The notes below the pieces were generated by a model. It was not told where the DNA came from. It searched no databases and saw only the letters and a list, made by a program, of their open reading frames with translations. A program made the position numbers and the translations under genes. A DNA stretch of 26,022 nucleotides from Gemmatimonadaceae bacterium (GTDB lineage: Bacteria > Gemmatimonadota > Gemmatimonadetes > Gemmatimonadales > Gemmatimonadaceae): contig JBDTIP010000102.1 of the NCBI GenBank assembly GCA_039936295.1, positions 1-26,022 of the forward strand, written 5' to 3'. Within the stretch, counting starts at the first letter, position 1, and the number at the start of each line of letters is the position of its first letter. Below are positions 1-7,943 of the stretch, in pieces.

Positions 1-1013
1 GCGCTATCCAGAACGCCGCGACGGTACACGGCCTCGTGTACCGCGACGCTATCACCGAGCGCGACTCGTTCGCGATCCGCGATAGCCTCCACATCTACTC
101 CGGCTTCGGCGATCGCAATCCTGTCGCGATCGGGCTGCGTCACCGTTCGCGTTGTGTCGATTCCGTCGAATATCGATCGCTCCGACTTGGCCGGCGTCGA
201 TGCGTTGACTCGCGATTCTTCGCGGCGCAGATAATCGATTACCACGCCCTTGCGCGGCACATTGCCGAATCCTTGCGACTTGTGCTGGCTGCGGCTCTCG
301 GCCGCAATCTCCGCGTAGGTGAGGCCAAGAATCGGATCGTACTCGCCCACGTTCATCGAGATCGTGCCGTCCTCGCGCGAGAAGCGAGCGCCGCGGTAGA
401 ACTTGAGTACAGTCCAGGGCGCTCCAAACTTGCGCGCTGGAAAACGCACTGTGTCTGCGGCAGCATCGTACACCACTCGCGACAGAATTCCTGCGACCTG
501 GTGCTGCCCATGCCCATCGCGAGGCGTCCCTGAAAACACGGACACAATGATCTGAGGGCGGAATGCCCGGACCACCTTCACCATGTCCTCCAGAACCGAA
601 TCCCGCGGCCAGTGTGAGAAGCTCTCAGCGGCGGTCTTCGAAAATCCGAAGTCGTACGCACGCGTAAAGTACTGATGTGCACCGTCAATCCTGCGCGCAG
701 CAAGCAGCTCCTGCGTGCGAATAATCCCGAGCGCCTCGCCCAACTCGTTGCCAATGAGATTCTGACCGCCATCGCCACGCGTGAGCGAGAGATAGGCGGT
801 CTCCGCCCGATGACCGCGAGCAAGCCACGCGATCAGTTGAGTATCCTCGTCGTCCGGATGTGCGCCGATTACCAACACCCGATTGTGCACCCCCGCCGCC
901 GCCTTCGCCTCGGCGATAGCGACGATGCCGCGCTCCTGAGCTCTCACGAAGCGCGGCATCGTCACTACACCAAGCGCAACGATCAGACCGAGGTGTACCC
1001 GTCGGTTAACCAC
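1..1013 (-). CDS. PIG-L/LmbE-family deacetylase, secreted; 3'-truncated by window edge
   Basis: Manual translation from GTG 1013 (or TTG 1028, overlapping the sucA stop as TTGA) is open to the window edge. It has a signal-like N-terminus (VVNRRVHLGLIVALGVVTMPRFVRAQ) and the motifs VLVIGAHPDDED, YLSLTRGDGGQNLIG, RAYDFGFSK, DGHGQHQVAG and SRSQHKSQGFG typical of long LmbE-like proteins. Confidence 0.92.
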   Translation of the reverse strand, partial: MVNRRVHLGLIVALGVVTMPRFVRAQERGIVAIAEAKAAAGVHNRVLVIGAHPDDEDTQLIAWLARGHRAETAYLSLTRGDGGQNLIGNELGEALGIIRTQELLAARRIDGAHQYFTRAYDFGFSKTAAESFSHWPRDSVLEDMVKVVRAFRPQIIVSVFSGTPRDGHGQHQVAGILSRVVYDAAADTVRFPARKFGAPWTVLKFYRGARFSREDGTISMNVGEYDPILGLTYAEIAAESRSQHKSQGFGNVPRKGVVIDYLRREESRVNASTPAKSERSIFDGIDTTRTVTQPDRDRIAIAEAGVDVEAIADRERVALGDSVAVHEAVYRRGVLDS

Positions 1014-1024
1014 CGTTGCGCGAC

Positions 1025-3766
1025 TCAACGCGCCGCCGCGCGCGCGCGACCGCCCTGCGGTGGAGCGGGAACCATGAACGCGTCTGACACTATTCTCTCC
1101 TGCTCCATCTTGTGAGGCTCAGCATAACCCTCTGCCGGGCTCGCGCGCTCAGCACGACCGATGTACCTGACGGTGATGGCATTGCCGGTCGAAACTCGCA
1201 GACGCGGCCATACGTAGCTCCATGCACCCATGTTCTTCGGCTCTTCCTGAGCCCAAACCACATCTTCGATTGCCGGATACGAATCGACGATCCGCGCGAC
1301 GTCATCGTGCGGCCACGGATACAACTCCTCCACGCGGACCAGCGCTACGCCGCCGCCGCCATCGCGCTTCCGCTTGTCCAGCAAGTCGTAATAAATCTTG
1401 CCGGTGCAAAACACGATCCGCTTGATGCTCTCGCGCTGCGTGGCAACCGACGCGTCGTCGATCACCGACTGGAAAGCGCCGGCCGTGAGATCGCTCAGCC
1501 GCGACGCAGCTTCCGGCATTCGAAGCAGGCTCTTTGGCTGCATCAGAATCAGCGGTCTGCGTTCGGCTGCGTGCGCCTGGCGGCGTAGAATGTGGAAATA
1601 CTGCGCCGGCGTCGATGGGTACGCGACACGCATGTTGCCCTCGGCGCACAGTTGCAGGTAACGCTCAAGCCGCGCACTCGAATGCTCCGGGCCACCCCCT
1701 TCGTAACCGTGCGGCAGCAGCATCGTTACCGACGAATCCTGCCCCCACTTCGCGCGGCCGGATGAAATGAACTGGTCGACAACTGTCTGCGCGACGTTGG
1801 CAAAATCGCCGTATTGCGCTTCCCACATGACGAGCGTATCGCTCGCCGTCACACTGAAACCGTACTCAAAGCCGAGCACAGCCGTCTCGGAAAGCGGAGA
1901 GTTATAAATCTCGAGACGTCCTTTCGCAGAGTCTATGTGATCGAAGGGGAAGTACTTGACCCCGGAATCGGCGTCATGCAAAACGTCCTGGCGATGCGAG
2001 AACGTCCCGCGCTCGACGTCCTGGCCGGTCAGCCGTACCGAGACTCCATCAATCATGAGCGAGCCAATGGCAAGCGCCTCTGCGTGACCCCAGTCGATGC
2101 CCCCAGCGTCGCGCATCGCATCGCGTCGACGCATCAGCGTGCGCGCGACGCGGCTGTTCGGCTTGAAGTCAGCTGGCCAGTCGAGAAGAGATTCGTTCAG
2201 TGCCTGGAGCTCATCGGCGCTGACGGCGGTCGGCGCTGGAATCGACGCGAACTGCGCACCCGATGCCGGCGGAAGCGCCGCCGGTGTGCGGTCGCTACCC
2301 TGGATCTGCTCCAGCCGCGACATGATGTCGCGTTCGACAGCCTGCATCTCGTCCGCCGTTATCACACCCGCGGCAACGAGCCGTTCGCCCCACACCTCGC
2401 GCGGAGCCTTGTGCGCGCGGATCTTGGCATAGAGCAGCGGTTGCGTGAACGCCGGCTCATCCGTTTCGTTATGGCCGTGCCGACGGTAGCTCACAAGGTC
2501 GATCAATACGTCCTTGTTGAACGTCGATCGATAAGCGATCGCCAGACGCACAGCCTGTACGCACGACCCGGCATCGTCTCCGTTGACGTGAATGATCGGA
2601 ATGTCGTAACCTTTCGCCGGATCGCTGGCGTAGCGCGTGGAGCGTGCACAATCCGGATCGGTGGTGTACCCGATCTGATTATTGACGATGATGTGAACAG
2701 TGCCGCCGGTCCGGAATCCATCGAGCAACGACATGTTCATCGTCTCGGCGACGACTCCCTCGCCGGCGAACGCTGAATCTCCGTGCACACACACCGGAAT
2801 GACAGACGCTTCGTCGATCCTGCCGTCTGCTCCACGCTGTTTGGCGCGCGCCACTCCCTCGAGCACAGCATTCACAAACTCGAGATGGCTCGGATTGGGG
2901 ACAAGGGTGAGTGCCACGCGGCGTCCGCCGATCTCGCGACTGCCGTCTGCACCCTGATGGTACTTGACGTCACCGCTCGTATCGACGGCGCCATCCGGAT
3001 GCTTGCCGTCGAATTCGTCGAATATGGTCGCGTACGACTTGCCCAACACGTGCGTGAGTACGTTGATACGCCCCCGGTGGGCCATGCACATCGCTACCTC
3101 GCGCGCGCCGCCCAGCGCCGCCAGTGCGATGATCTCGTCGAGCATCACCACAAGCGCATCGCTACCTTCTATCGAGAATCGCTTGTACCCCTGATACGCG
3201 CGCCCCAGAAAACGCTCGAGCGCATCGACCTCGGTGAGTCGTGTGAGAATGGCTTTTTTCTCATCCGGCGTCAGATCCTGGTGATAAGCGCCGCCTTCAA
3301 CCGCATCTCGCAGCCACCGACGTTCGACGAAGGAACCGAGATGCTCGAACTCGAAGCCGATCGTTGATGAATAGAGAGCGCGGAGCCGTGCCGTCGCATC
3401 GGCCGCCGTTGCATCCGGCGTACCGAGCGCGCTTCCTGGAATCAATGCGAGCTGAGCGTCGGTCACACCGTGGCTTTCCGGCGTCAGTTCCGGAGAGCCC
3501 TCCGGCGCTGAGCCCAATGGATCGAGGCCGACAGCCAGGTGCCCATACGCACGAATAGCATCGAGGAGGGCCGCTGCGCCAGCCGCAGCCCTTAAGGACG
3601 CGACACCTCCGGCGCCTTGCGTCGACGGCGCGCCGCAAAGTCCTTCCGCAAATCGAAAAAATTGACGCCAGGATTCATCCACCGATGCGGCATCGCGCTT
3701 GTACGCGTCGTACGCCTCGGCGATGTATCCGTCGTTGAAGACGCTTGTGATGGCTTCGCTGCTCAT
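1025..3766 (-). CDS. sucA: 2-oxoglutarate dehydrogenase E1 component
   Basis: 913 aa from ATG 3766 (the ORF track starts at TTG 3775). Motifs: GYKRFSIEG, MAHRGRINVL, GDVKYH, NPSHLE, TPP-binding HGDSAFAGEGVV...NNQIG, WEAQYGDFAN, LPHGYEGGGPEHSSARLERYLQL, QEEPKNMGAW. Confidence 0.97.
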   Translation of the reverse strand: MSSEAITSVFNDGYIAEAYDAYKRDAASVDESWRQFFRFAEGLCGAPSTQGAGGVASLRAAAGAAALLDAIRAYGHLAVGLDPLGSAPEGSPELTPESHGVTDAQLALIPGSALGTPDATAADATARLRALYSSTIGFEFEHLGSFVERRWLRDAVEGGAYHQDLTPDEKKAILTRLTEVDALERFLGRAYQGYKRFSIEGSDALVVMLDEIIALAALGGAREVAMCMAHRGRINVLTHVLGKSYATIFDEFDGKHPDGAVDTSGDVKYHQGADGSREIGGRRVALTLVPNPSHLEFVNAVLEGVARAKQRGADGRIDEASVIPVCVHGDSAFAGEGVVAETMNMSLLDGFRTGGTVHIIVNNQIGYTTDPDCARSTRYASDPAKGYDIPIIHVNGDDAGSCVQAVRLAIAYRSTFNKDVLIDLVSYRRHGHNETDEPAFTQPLLYAKIRAHKAPREVWGERLVAAGVITADEMQAVERDIMSRLEQIQGSDRTPAALPPASGAQFASIPAPTAVSADELQALNESLLDWPADFKPNSRVARTLMRRRDAMRDAGGIDWGHAEALAIGSLMIDGVSVRLTGQDVERGTFSHRQDVLHDADSGVKYFPFDHIDSAKGRLEIYNSPLSETAVLGFEYGFSVTASDTLVMWEAQYGDFANVAQTVVDQFISSGRAKWGQDSSVTMLLPHGYEGGGPEHSSARLERYLQLCAEGNMRVAYPSTPAQYFHILRRQAHAAERRPLILMQPKSLLRMPEAASRLSDLTAGAFQSVIDDASVATQRESIKRIVFCTGKIYYDLLDKRKRDGGGGVALVRVEELYPWPHDDVARIVDSYPAIEDVVWAQEEPKNMGAWSYVWPRLRVSTGNAITVRYIGRAERASPAEGYAEPHKMEQERIVSDAFMVPAPPQGGRARAAAR

Positions 3767-3781
3767 GGGCTTCAATTTAAC

Positions 3782-3787
3782 AGATTA
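3782..3787 (-). promoter_or_regulatory. Candidate sigma70 -10 element (TAATCT) for sucA
   Basis: TANNNT hexamer in the short intergenic gap, 6 nt before TTG 3775 and 15 nt before ATG 3766. No Shine-Dalgarno is visible. Confidence 0.35.
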
Positions 3788-3810
3788 TTCCGTCTGGTTC
3801 TGCACGTGCG

Positions 3811-4248
3811 TCAGCGCGGAGAATCCGTCGCAAGCGCGTCTGAGGACGAAACGGAAAAGCTGGTCACTCCGGGCGTGAATCGCGGGCGCGCAGCGGCAGC
3901 GCGCAGCAGCTTGCAGGCGTCCGACGCGCCAAGGAGGGGCAGGTAGAGAAAACCCGCAATCCCGTTGCAGTCGAGAGGTGCCAGCTCACTCGAGTTGCGA
4001 GTCAGGCTCACGGCAACTATCGGCGCGTAGCGCAGAACCTCGTCGCTTTCCCAGTCGTCGAGAGGTTGTGATGTGAGCAGTTCATACTCGCACACGACGA
4101 CATCCGGCGCGCAGGAGCGCGTCGATGCGATCGCGCCGTGAACACCCACCGCCCCCGTAGTACAAATTCCAGCGCTTTCGAAGAAACGGGCGAGGTGGGT
4201 CGCAAGATATTCGTGACGCGCTACACAGACGACGTACAATGGACTCAA
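3811..4248 (-). CDS. Stand-alone atypical (pseudo-)receiver domain protein
   Basis: 145 aa from TTG with GAGG upstream. The CheY-like strand/helix pattern (YVVCV..., APDVVVCEYELL, APIVAVS, GIAGFLYLP) is present, but the acidic pair is missing, the phospho-Asp position holds Glu and the conserved Lys is replaced. Confidence 0.7.
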   Translation of the reverse strand: MSPLYVVCVARHEYLATHLARFFESAGICTTGAVGVHGAIASTRSCAPDVVVCEYELLTSQPLDDWESDEVLRYAPIVAVSLTRNSSELAPLDCNGIAGFLYLPLLGASDACKLLRAAAARPRFTPGVTSFSVSSSDALATDSPR

Positions 4249-4354
4249 GATTTCGGCCTCTGCGGTCTATCCATGTGAATGATGCCGAACCGCTGCCAAG
4301 TCCGAAAGTGGCAACGGACGGGCGAAAGCTCTGGATCAGAAAGACACAGACACA

Positions 4355-4381
4355 AAAAGGGCGGCCTCGGGCCGCCCTTTT
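4355..4381. terminator. Intrinsic terminator, potentially bidirectional
   Basis: Perfect 12-bp inverted repeat AAAAGGGCGGCC-TCG-GGCCGCCCTTTT with T tracts on both strands, 33 bp downstream of the 4415..4852 gene. Confidence 0.9.
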
Positions 4382-4414
4382 AACTGCCCTAGAGGCAGAA
4401 AATAGCGGAACCGG

Positions 4415-4852
4415 CTACGGGTGGGATACCTTCTTCGTATCTACGTTGTTCCCGAGGATTGCGCCAAGTATTCCCCCGGCGACGCCTCCGATAACGCCGC
4501 CCCTGACCTTGTTCTTGCTGGTCACAGCGCCGAGGACGGCACCAGCACCGGCGCCAATCGCCGCATCACGCTTGGTGTTGCGCACTGTACTAGTCGTAGG
4601 CGCCGGAGCGGCTGATGCGCCGCTGCGGTAGTAGGGTGTCACAGCGTGATGCGTGGCGCCGCTCCGCTCAGCCACCGCATTGGCATGCGCTCTTTCAATG
4701 GCCGACACGCTGTCCGCCGGCGTGACTGGGTGAGCCTGTGCCGCCAGAGAAAGGTCGCTGTTCAAGGCATCGTTGGTCTTGGAGTCAGGACCCTTACAGC
4801 CGAAGGCGAGGAGCACGAACGGCAAAATCGCGACGCGGGAGATGATCTTCAT
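4415..4852 (-). CDS. Lipoprotein with C-terminal glycine-zipper (2TM) domain
   Basis: Signal peptide with lipobox LAFG-C at Cys19. C-terminal RDAAIGAGAGAVLGAVT...GGVIGGVAGGILGAILGN GxxxG repeats. Strong RBS and a terminator flank the gene. Confidence 0.85.
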   Translation of the reverse strand: MKIISRVAILPFVLLAFGCKGPDSKTNDALNSDLSLAAQAHPVTPADSVSAIERAHANAVAERSGATHHAVTPYYRSGASAAPAPTTSTVRNTKRDAAIGAGAGAVLGAVTSKNKVRGGVIGGVAGGILGAILGNNVDTKKVSHP

Positions 4853-4853
4853 A

Positions 4854-4879
4854 ATCCTGATTCCTTATCCTGATTCCTT
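4854..4879. repeat. Perfect 13-bp tandem duplication spanning the lipoprotein RBS
   Basis: ATCCTGATTCCTT at 4854-4866 and 4867-4879. On the mRNA strand this reads AAGGAATCAGGAT x2, then T and ATG. Confidence 0.95.
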
Positions 4880-4920
4880 CGTGAGCACCGGCATGATTGC
4901 CAACGCGCCTATATCCAAAG

Positions 4921-4935
4921 GCAGGGACTATGCCA
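4921..4935 (-). promoter_or_regulatory. Candidate sigma54 (-24/-12) promoter for the lipoprotein gene
   Basis: Minus strand TGGCAT-AGTCC-CTGC matches the TGGCAC-N5-TTGC spacing. An AT tract lies just upstream (about 4948-4960). Confidence 0.35.
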
Positions 4936-5022
4936 GCCCAGCCAAGGATATAAAAAAATTGCCCAGGTGCGTTCCGTAGACCGATTGCGCCCTTGGGCCG
5001 GTTCATCAAGGCCGCGACCAGG

Positions 5023-6168
5023 TTACGAGGGACTTTTGCTCACGAGAAATCGAACCGGTATCCCACCGTTCTTACTATCGAACGAACGATCAAAAGCCAG
5101 GCCGACTTGTCGATCTAGCTCTGGCGACGCCGAGAGCATCCCGAGACGCCAGCCGACGAGTGAAGTGCGCAACAGTGAGCCCAGTTTTGCGTAGAGGTTT
5201 CGAACGTCTGTTCCAACCCTGATTCCGTATGGTGGGTTGGTGATCACCCACCCTCGCTCCGACCCGGGGGTCCACGACTCCGAAAGGGGCCGCTGAACAA
5301 TCTCTATATCCGCAGCGACGTCAGCACGCTCGGCGTTCGACATCGCTGCGGCGACGGCGCCGGCGTCACGGTCGGCTGCAATGATCGCTGCGGGTGCTCG
5401 CGCGAGCATGCCCGCGGTCGCGGCTTCCTGTATCGCGAGCCACGCATTGCTGTCAAAACCGGGCCACCGCTCGAATCGAAATTCGCGGTGCAAGCCAGGG
5501 GGAATATTCCTTGCCAAGAGCGCCGCCTCGATTGGGATCGTCCCGGACCCGCACATCGGATCCAGCAGCTGGTCCGCTGGGGTCCATCCGCTGGATAGCA
5601 GCATGGCGGCAGCCAGCGTCTCACGAAGCGGCGCCTTTGCCAATTCCTGGCGATAGCCCCTTTTGTGCAGGATCGCCCCCGAACTGTCCGCACTAAGCGT
5701 GAGGGTGTCGTGATCGATCCTCACGATGAATAGCTGCTCGCCGCCCAAGCCGTCGTCATCTTCCTGGGCCCGTAACTTTCCGGCCGGCGCGCAGCCTGTT
5801 GCGGCGGCAACGCACTTTGCGAGCCGTTCCGCGACGGCGTCGCTGTGATACAGCGCCGACTTGTGGGATGTAACACGGAACCTGACGTTGTCGCGCGCAC
5901 GCACGAAGCGGCCCCACGGCAGCTTCGCAGCACGGCTCTCGAGCTCCGCGAATGATGATGCGCGGAAACTCGCCACACGCACCAGCACACGCGTGGCTGT
6001 TCTAAGCCATAGATTGGCTCGATAGAGTTCCCGCACTGTGCCGCGCCACGCGACGCCGCCTCGTGACACGTCCAAGCGTGTAAAACCCGCGCGACAGTGC
6101 TCGTCAGCGAGGATCCGCTCGAGACCTGGCGCGGTGATCGAATAGAAGTCGAGAGATCTTTCAGCCAT
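5023..6168 (-). CDS. THUMP-domain class I SAM-dependent RNA methyltransferase (RlmL/YpsC family, single-MTase form)
   Basis: APGLE N-terminus, NLWLRTATRVL, HKRGYR..APLRETLAAAML, SAM motif LDPMCGSGTIPIEAA and catalytic NPPYG. Confidence 0.92.
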   Translation of the reverse strand: MAERSLDFYSITAPGLERILADEHCRAGFTRLDVSRGGVAWRGTVRELYRANLWLRTATRVLVRVASFRASSFAELESRAAKLPWGRFVRARDNVRFRVTSHKSALYHSDAVAERLAKCVAAATGCAPAGKLRAQEDDDGLGGEQLFIVRIDHDTLTLSADSSGAILHKRGYRQELAKAPLRETLAAAMLLSSGWTPADQLLDPMCGSGTIPIEAALLARNIPPGLHREFRFERWPGFDSNAWLAIQEAATAGMLARAPAAIIAADRDAGAVAAAMSNAERADVAADIEIVQRPLSESWTPGSERGWVITNPPYGIRVGTDVRNLYAKLGSLLRTSLVGWRLGMLSASPELDRQVGLAFDRSFDSKNGGIPVRFLVSKSPS

Positions 6169-6206
6169 ATATTTTCGTTTGTGACGTTACGCTCCCCCGC
6201 CCGCGA

Positions 6207-7940
6207 GTGACAGTGCCCCAGGCAATTCTTCCGCGGCATCACTACGTTCTCGGTTTCACGGCGGCCGTGGCGGTCTGCTACGTCACAATTGCGCTCTTTC
6301 GGCACACCGGACCGATTCAGCGGCTGCGGCGTCTCGGTGGCGATTGGACCGCCGCTCTCGTGCCGCGCCTGCTTGCGATCATCACATTTCTTGCCGGCGC
6401 GCTGCTGCTCTTTTCCGGTGCGACGCCGGCAGTCGCGGGCCGGCTGCAATGGCTGAGCGCGTGGATACCACTACCGATCGTCGAGCTGTCGCACTTCATC
6501 GACAACCTCGCGGGGGTGATGCTGCTCGTTCTGGCTCGGGGCGTTGAGCGGCGTCTCGATGCGGCGTACCATCTCACCATCGGGATGCTCATCGCAGGCA
6601 TTGTCCTATCGGTGCTCCGCGCGCTGGACATTGAGCAAGCCCTCGTGTTGATGCTGATTCTGGCCGCCTTCGTTCCGAGCAGAAAGTACTTCTATCGCAA
6701 GAGCTCCCTGATCGAAGAACGCTTTTCAGCGTCGTGGATCGCCGCGATCCTGCTCGTCGCGCTCGGCTCGATCGCTCTGGGTGTCATCTCGTATGCGAAC
6801 CTGCACATCTCGACCAGGACCTTCTTCCGTTTCGCGACGCACGCCGAAGCCGCGCGATTCCTTCGAGCGAGCGCGGGGGTGCTTGCGGCGCTCATCGTAT
6901 TCGCGGTACTGCGCTTGCTTCGGCCCGCCCGGGCGCCGTTGCTGCGCCCGACCAGAGCCGATCTGGATGATGCGAACCGCATTGTGGCAAACTATCCGCA
7001 GGCCGCAGCACAACTGGCATTTCTGGGTGACAAGTACTTTCTCTTCAATCAGAGCCGCTCGGGCTTCATCATGTTCGGTGTACACGGACGAAGCTGGGTT
7101 GCGCTGGGCGACCCAATCGCTTCACCCAATGAGGCTGCTGAGCTGATCAGAGCGTTCATACAGCTGGCCGATCAGAACGGCGGATGGCCGGTATTCTACA
7201 AGGTCGCACCAACGCTGCTGTACCTGTACCTCGATCACGGCCTTAGCGTCGCCAAGTTGGGCGAGGAAGCGCGCGTCCCGCTCAATGGCTTCTCACTCGA
7301 TGGCTCATCGCGCAGAAACCTGCGTCGCGTCTGGCGCAAGATCGTCGATGACGGCTACACCTTCGAGCTGGTTCAACCTGATTCGATCCCATCGTTGCTT
7401 CCAGAGCTTCGTGCGGTGTCGGATGAATGGATCAAGCAGAAGAAGGCCCGAGAGAAATCCTTCTCGCTGGGAGCGTTCGACGAGGACTATGTATCACGCT
7501 ACGCCGTCGCCATCGCGCGGAAGGACGGCCGCATCGTTGCGTTCTCGAACGCATGGGTTTCCGGTGGCAATGTGGAGGTCGAGGCGGACCTGATGCGCTA
7601 TACTGCGGATGCACCGCCGGGCATCATGAGATTCATACTGATCGAGATGATGTTGTGGGCGCGTGGCGCCGGCTTTGCGCGGTTCAACCTCGGCATGGCT
7701 TCGCTCAGTGGGCTAAGCGTGCACCGTGGCGCGCCGATATGGAACCAACTCGCTGTCGCTCTTCGCGGCTACGGGGAGCGGTATTATAACTTTCAGGGAA
7801 TCCGCGAGTTCAAGCAGTGGTTCTATCCAGAGTGGGAGCCGCTCTTTCTGGTGAGCCCGGGCGGACACGCACGTCCAATCATCATCGCCAACATCGCGTC
7901 GCTCGTCTCGGGCGACCTGCGAGGAGTACTCAAGAAGTAA
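6207..7940 (+). CDS. mprF: MprF-like aminoacyl-phosphatidylglycerol synthase (membrane segment plus DUF2156/LPG synthase C domain), lacking the N-terminal flippase
   Basis: LLLFSGATP..RL, ELSHF..NLAG..LL.LARG..RRL, LAFLGDKYFLF, WVALGDP, KLGEEARV, KEKSFSLG-like REKSFSLG, EADLMRY, FNLGMASLSG, YYNFQGIREFKQWF.PEWEP. At 577 aa it is much shorter than full-length MprF of roughly 840-860 aa. Confidence 0.9.
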   Translation: MTVPQAILPRHHYVLGFTAAVAVCYVTIALFRHTGPIQRLRRLGGDWTAALVPRLLAIITFLAGALLLFSGATPAVAGRLQWLSAWIPLPIVELSHFIDNLAGVMLLVLARGVERRLDAAYHLTIGMLIAGIVLSVLRALDIEQALVLMLILAAFVPSRKYFYRKSSLIEERFSASWIAAILLVALGSIALGVISYANLHISTRTFFRFATHAEAARFLRASAGVLAALIVFAVLRLLRPARAPLLRPTRADLDDANRIVANYPQAAAQLAFLGDKYFLFNQSRSGFIMFGVHGRSWVALGDPIASPNEAAELIRAFIQLADQNGGWPVFYKVAPTLLYLYLDHGLSVAKLGEEARVPLNGFSLDGSSRRNLRRVWRKIVDDGYTFELVQPDSIPSLLPELRAVSDEWIKQKKAREKSFSLGAFDEDYVSRYAVAIARKDGRIVAFSNAWVSGGNVEVEADLMRYTADAPPGIMRFILIEMMLWARGAGFARFNLGMASLSGLSVHRGAPIWNQLAVALRGYGERYYNFQGIREFKQWFYPEWEPLFLVSPGGHARPIIIANIASLVSGDLRGVLKK

Positions 7941-7943
7941 TTG

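Noticed and set aside
1814-2776. Long antisense or alternative-frame ORFs (1814..2776, 8042..9250, 11570..12829, 14002..14847, 18004..18861, 22117..22776 and others)
   Set aside because: They lie wholly over well-supported genes, have no recognisable motifs and have Arg/Ala/Pro-rich shadow composition expected from stop-poor high-GC DNA.
4284-4298. GG-N10-GC sigma54-like spacing upstream of the pseudo-receiver gene
   Set aside because: It lacks the TT before GC, and such matches are expected by chance in GC-rich DNA.
4281-4345. Resemblance to c-di-GMP-I (GEMM) riboswitch or SRP RNA motifs
   Set aside because: The GCAAA junctions and tetraloop receptor of GEMM are missing, UCC-GAAA-GUG cannot form the SRP stem, and no gene follows on that strand. 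Kept only as an unnamed candidate RNA.
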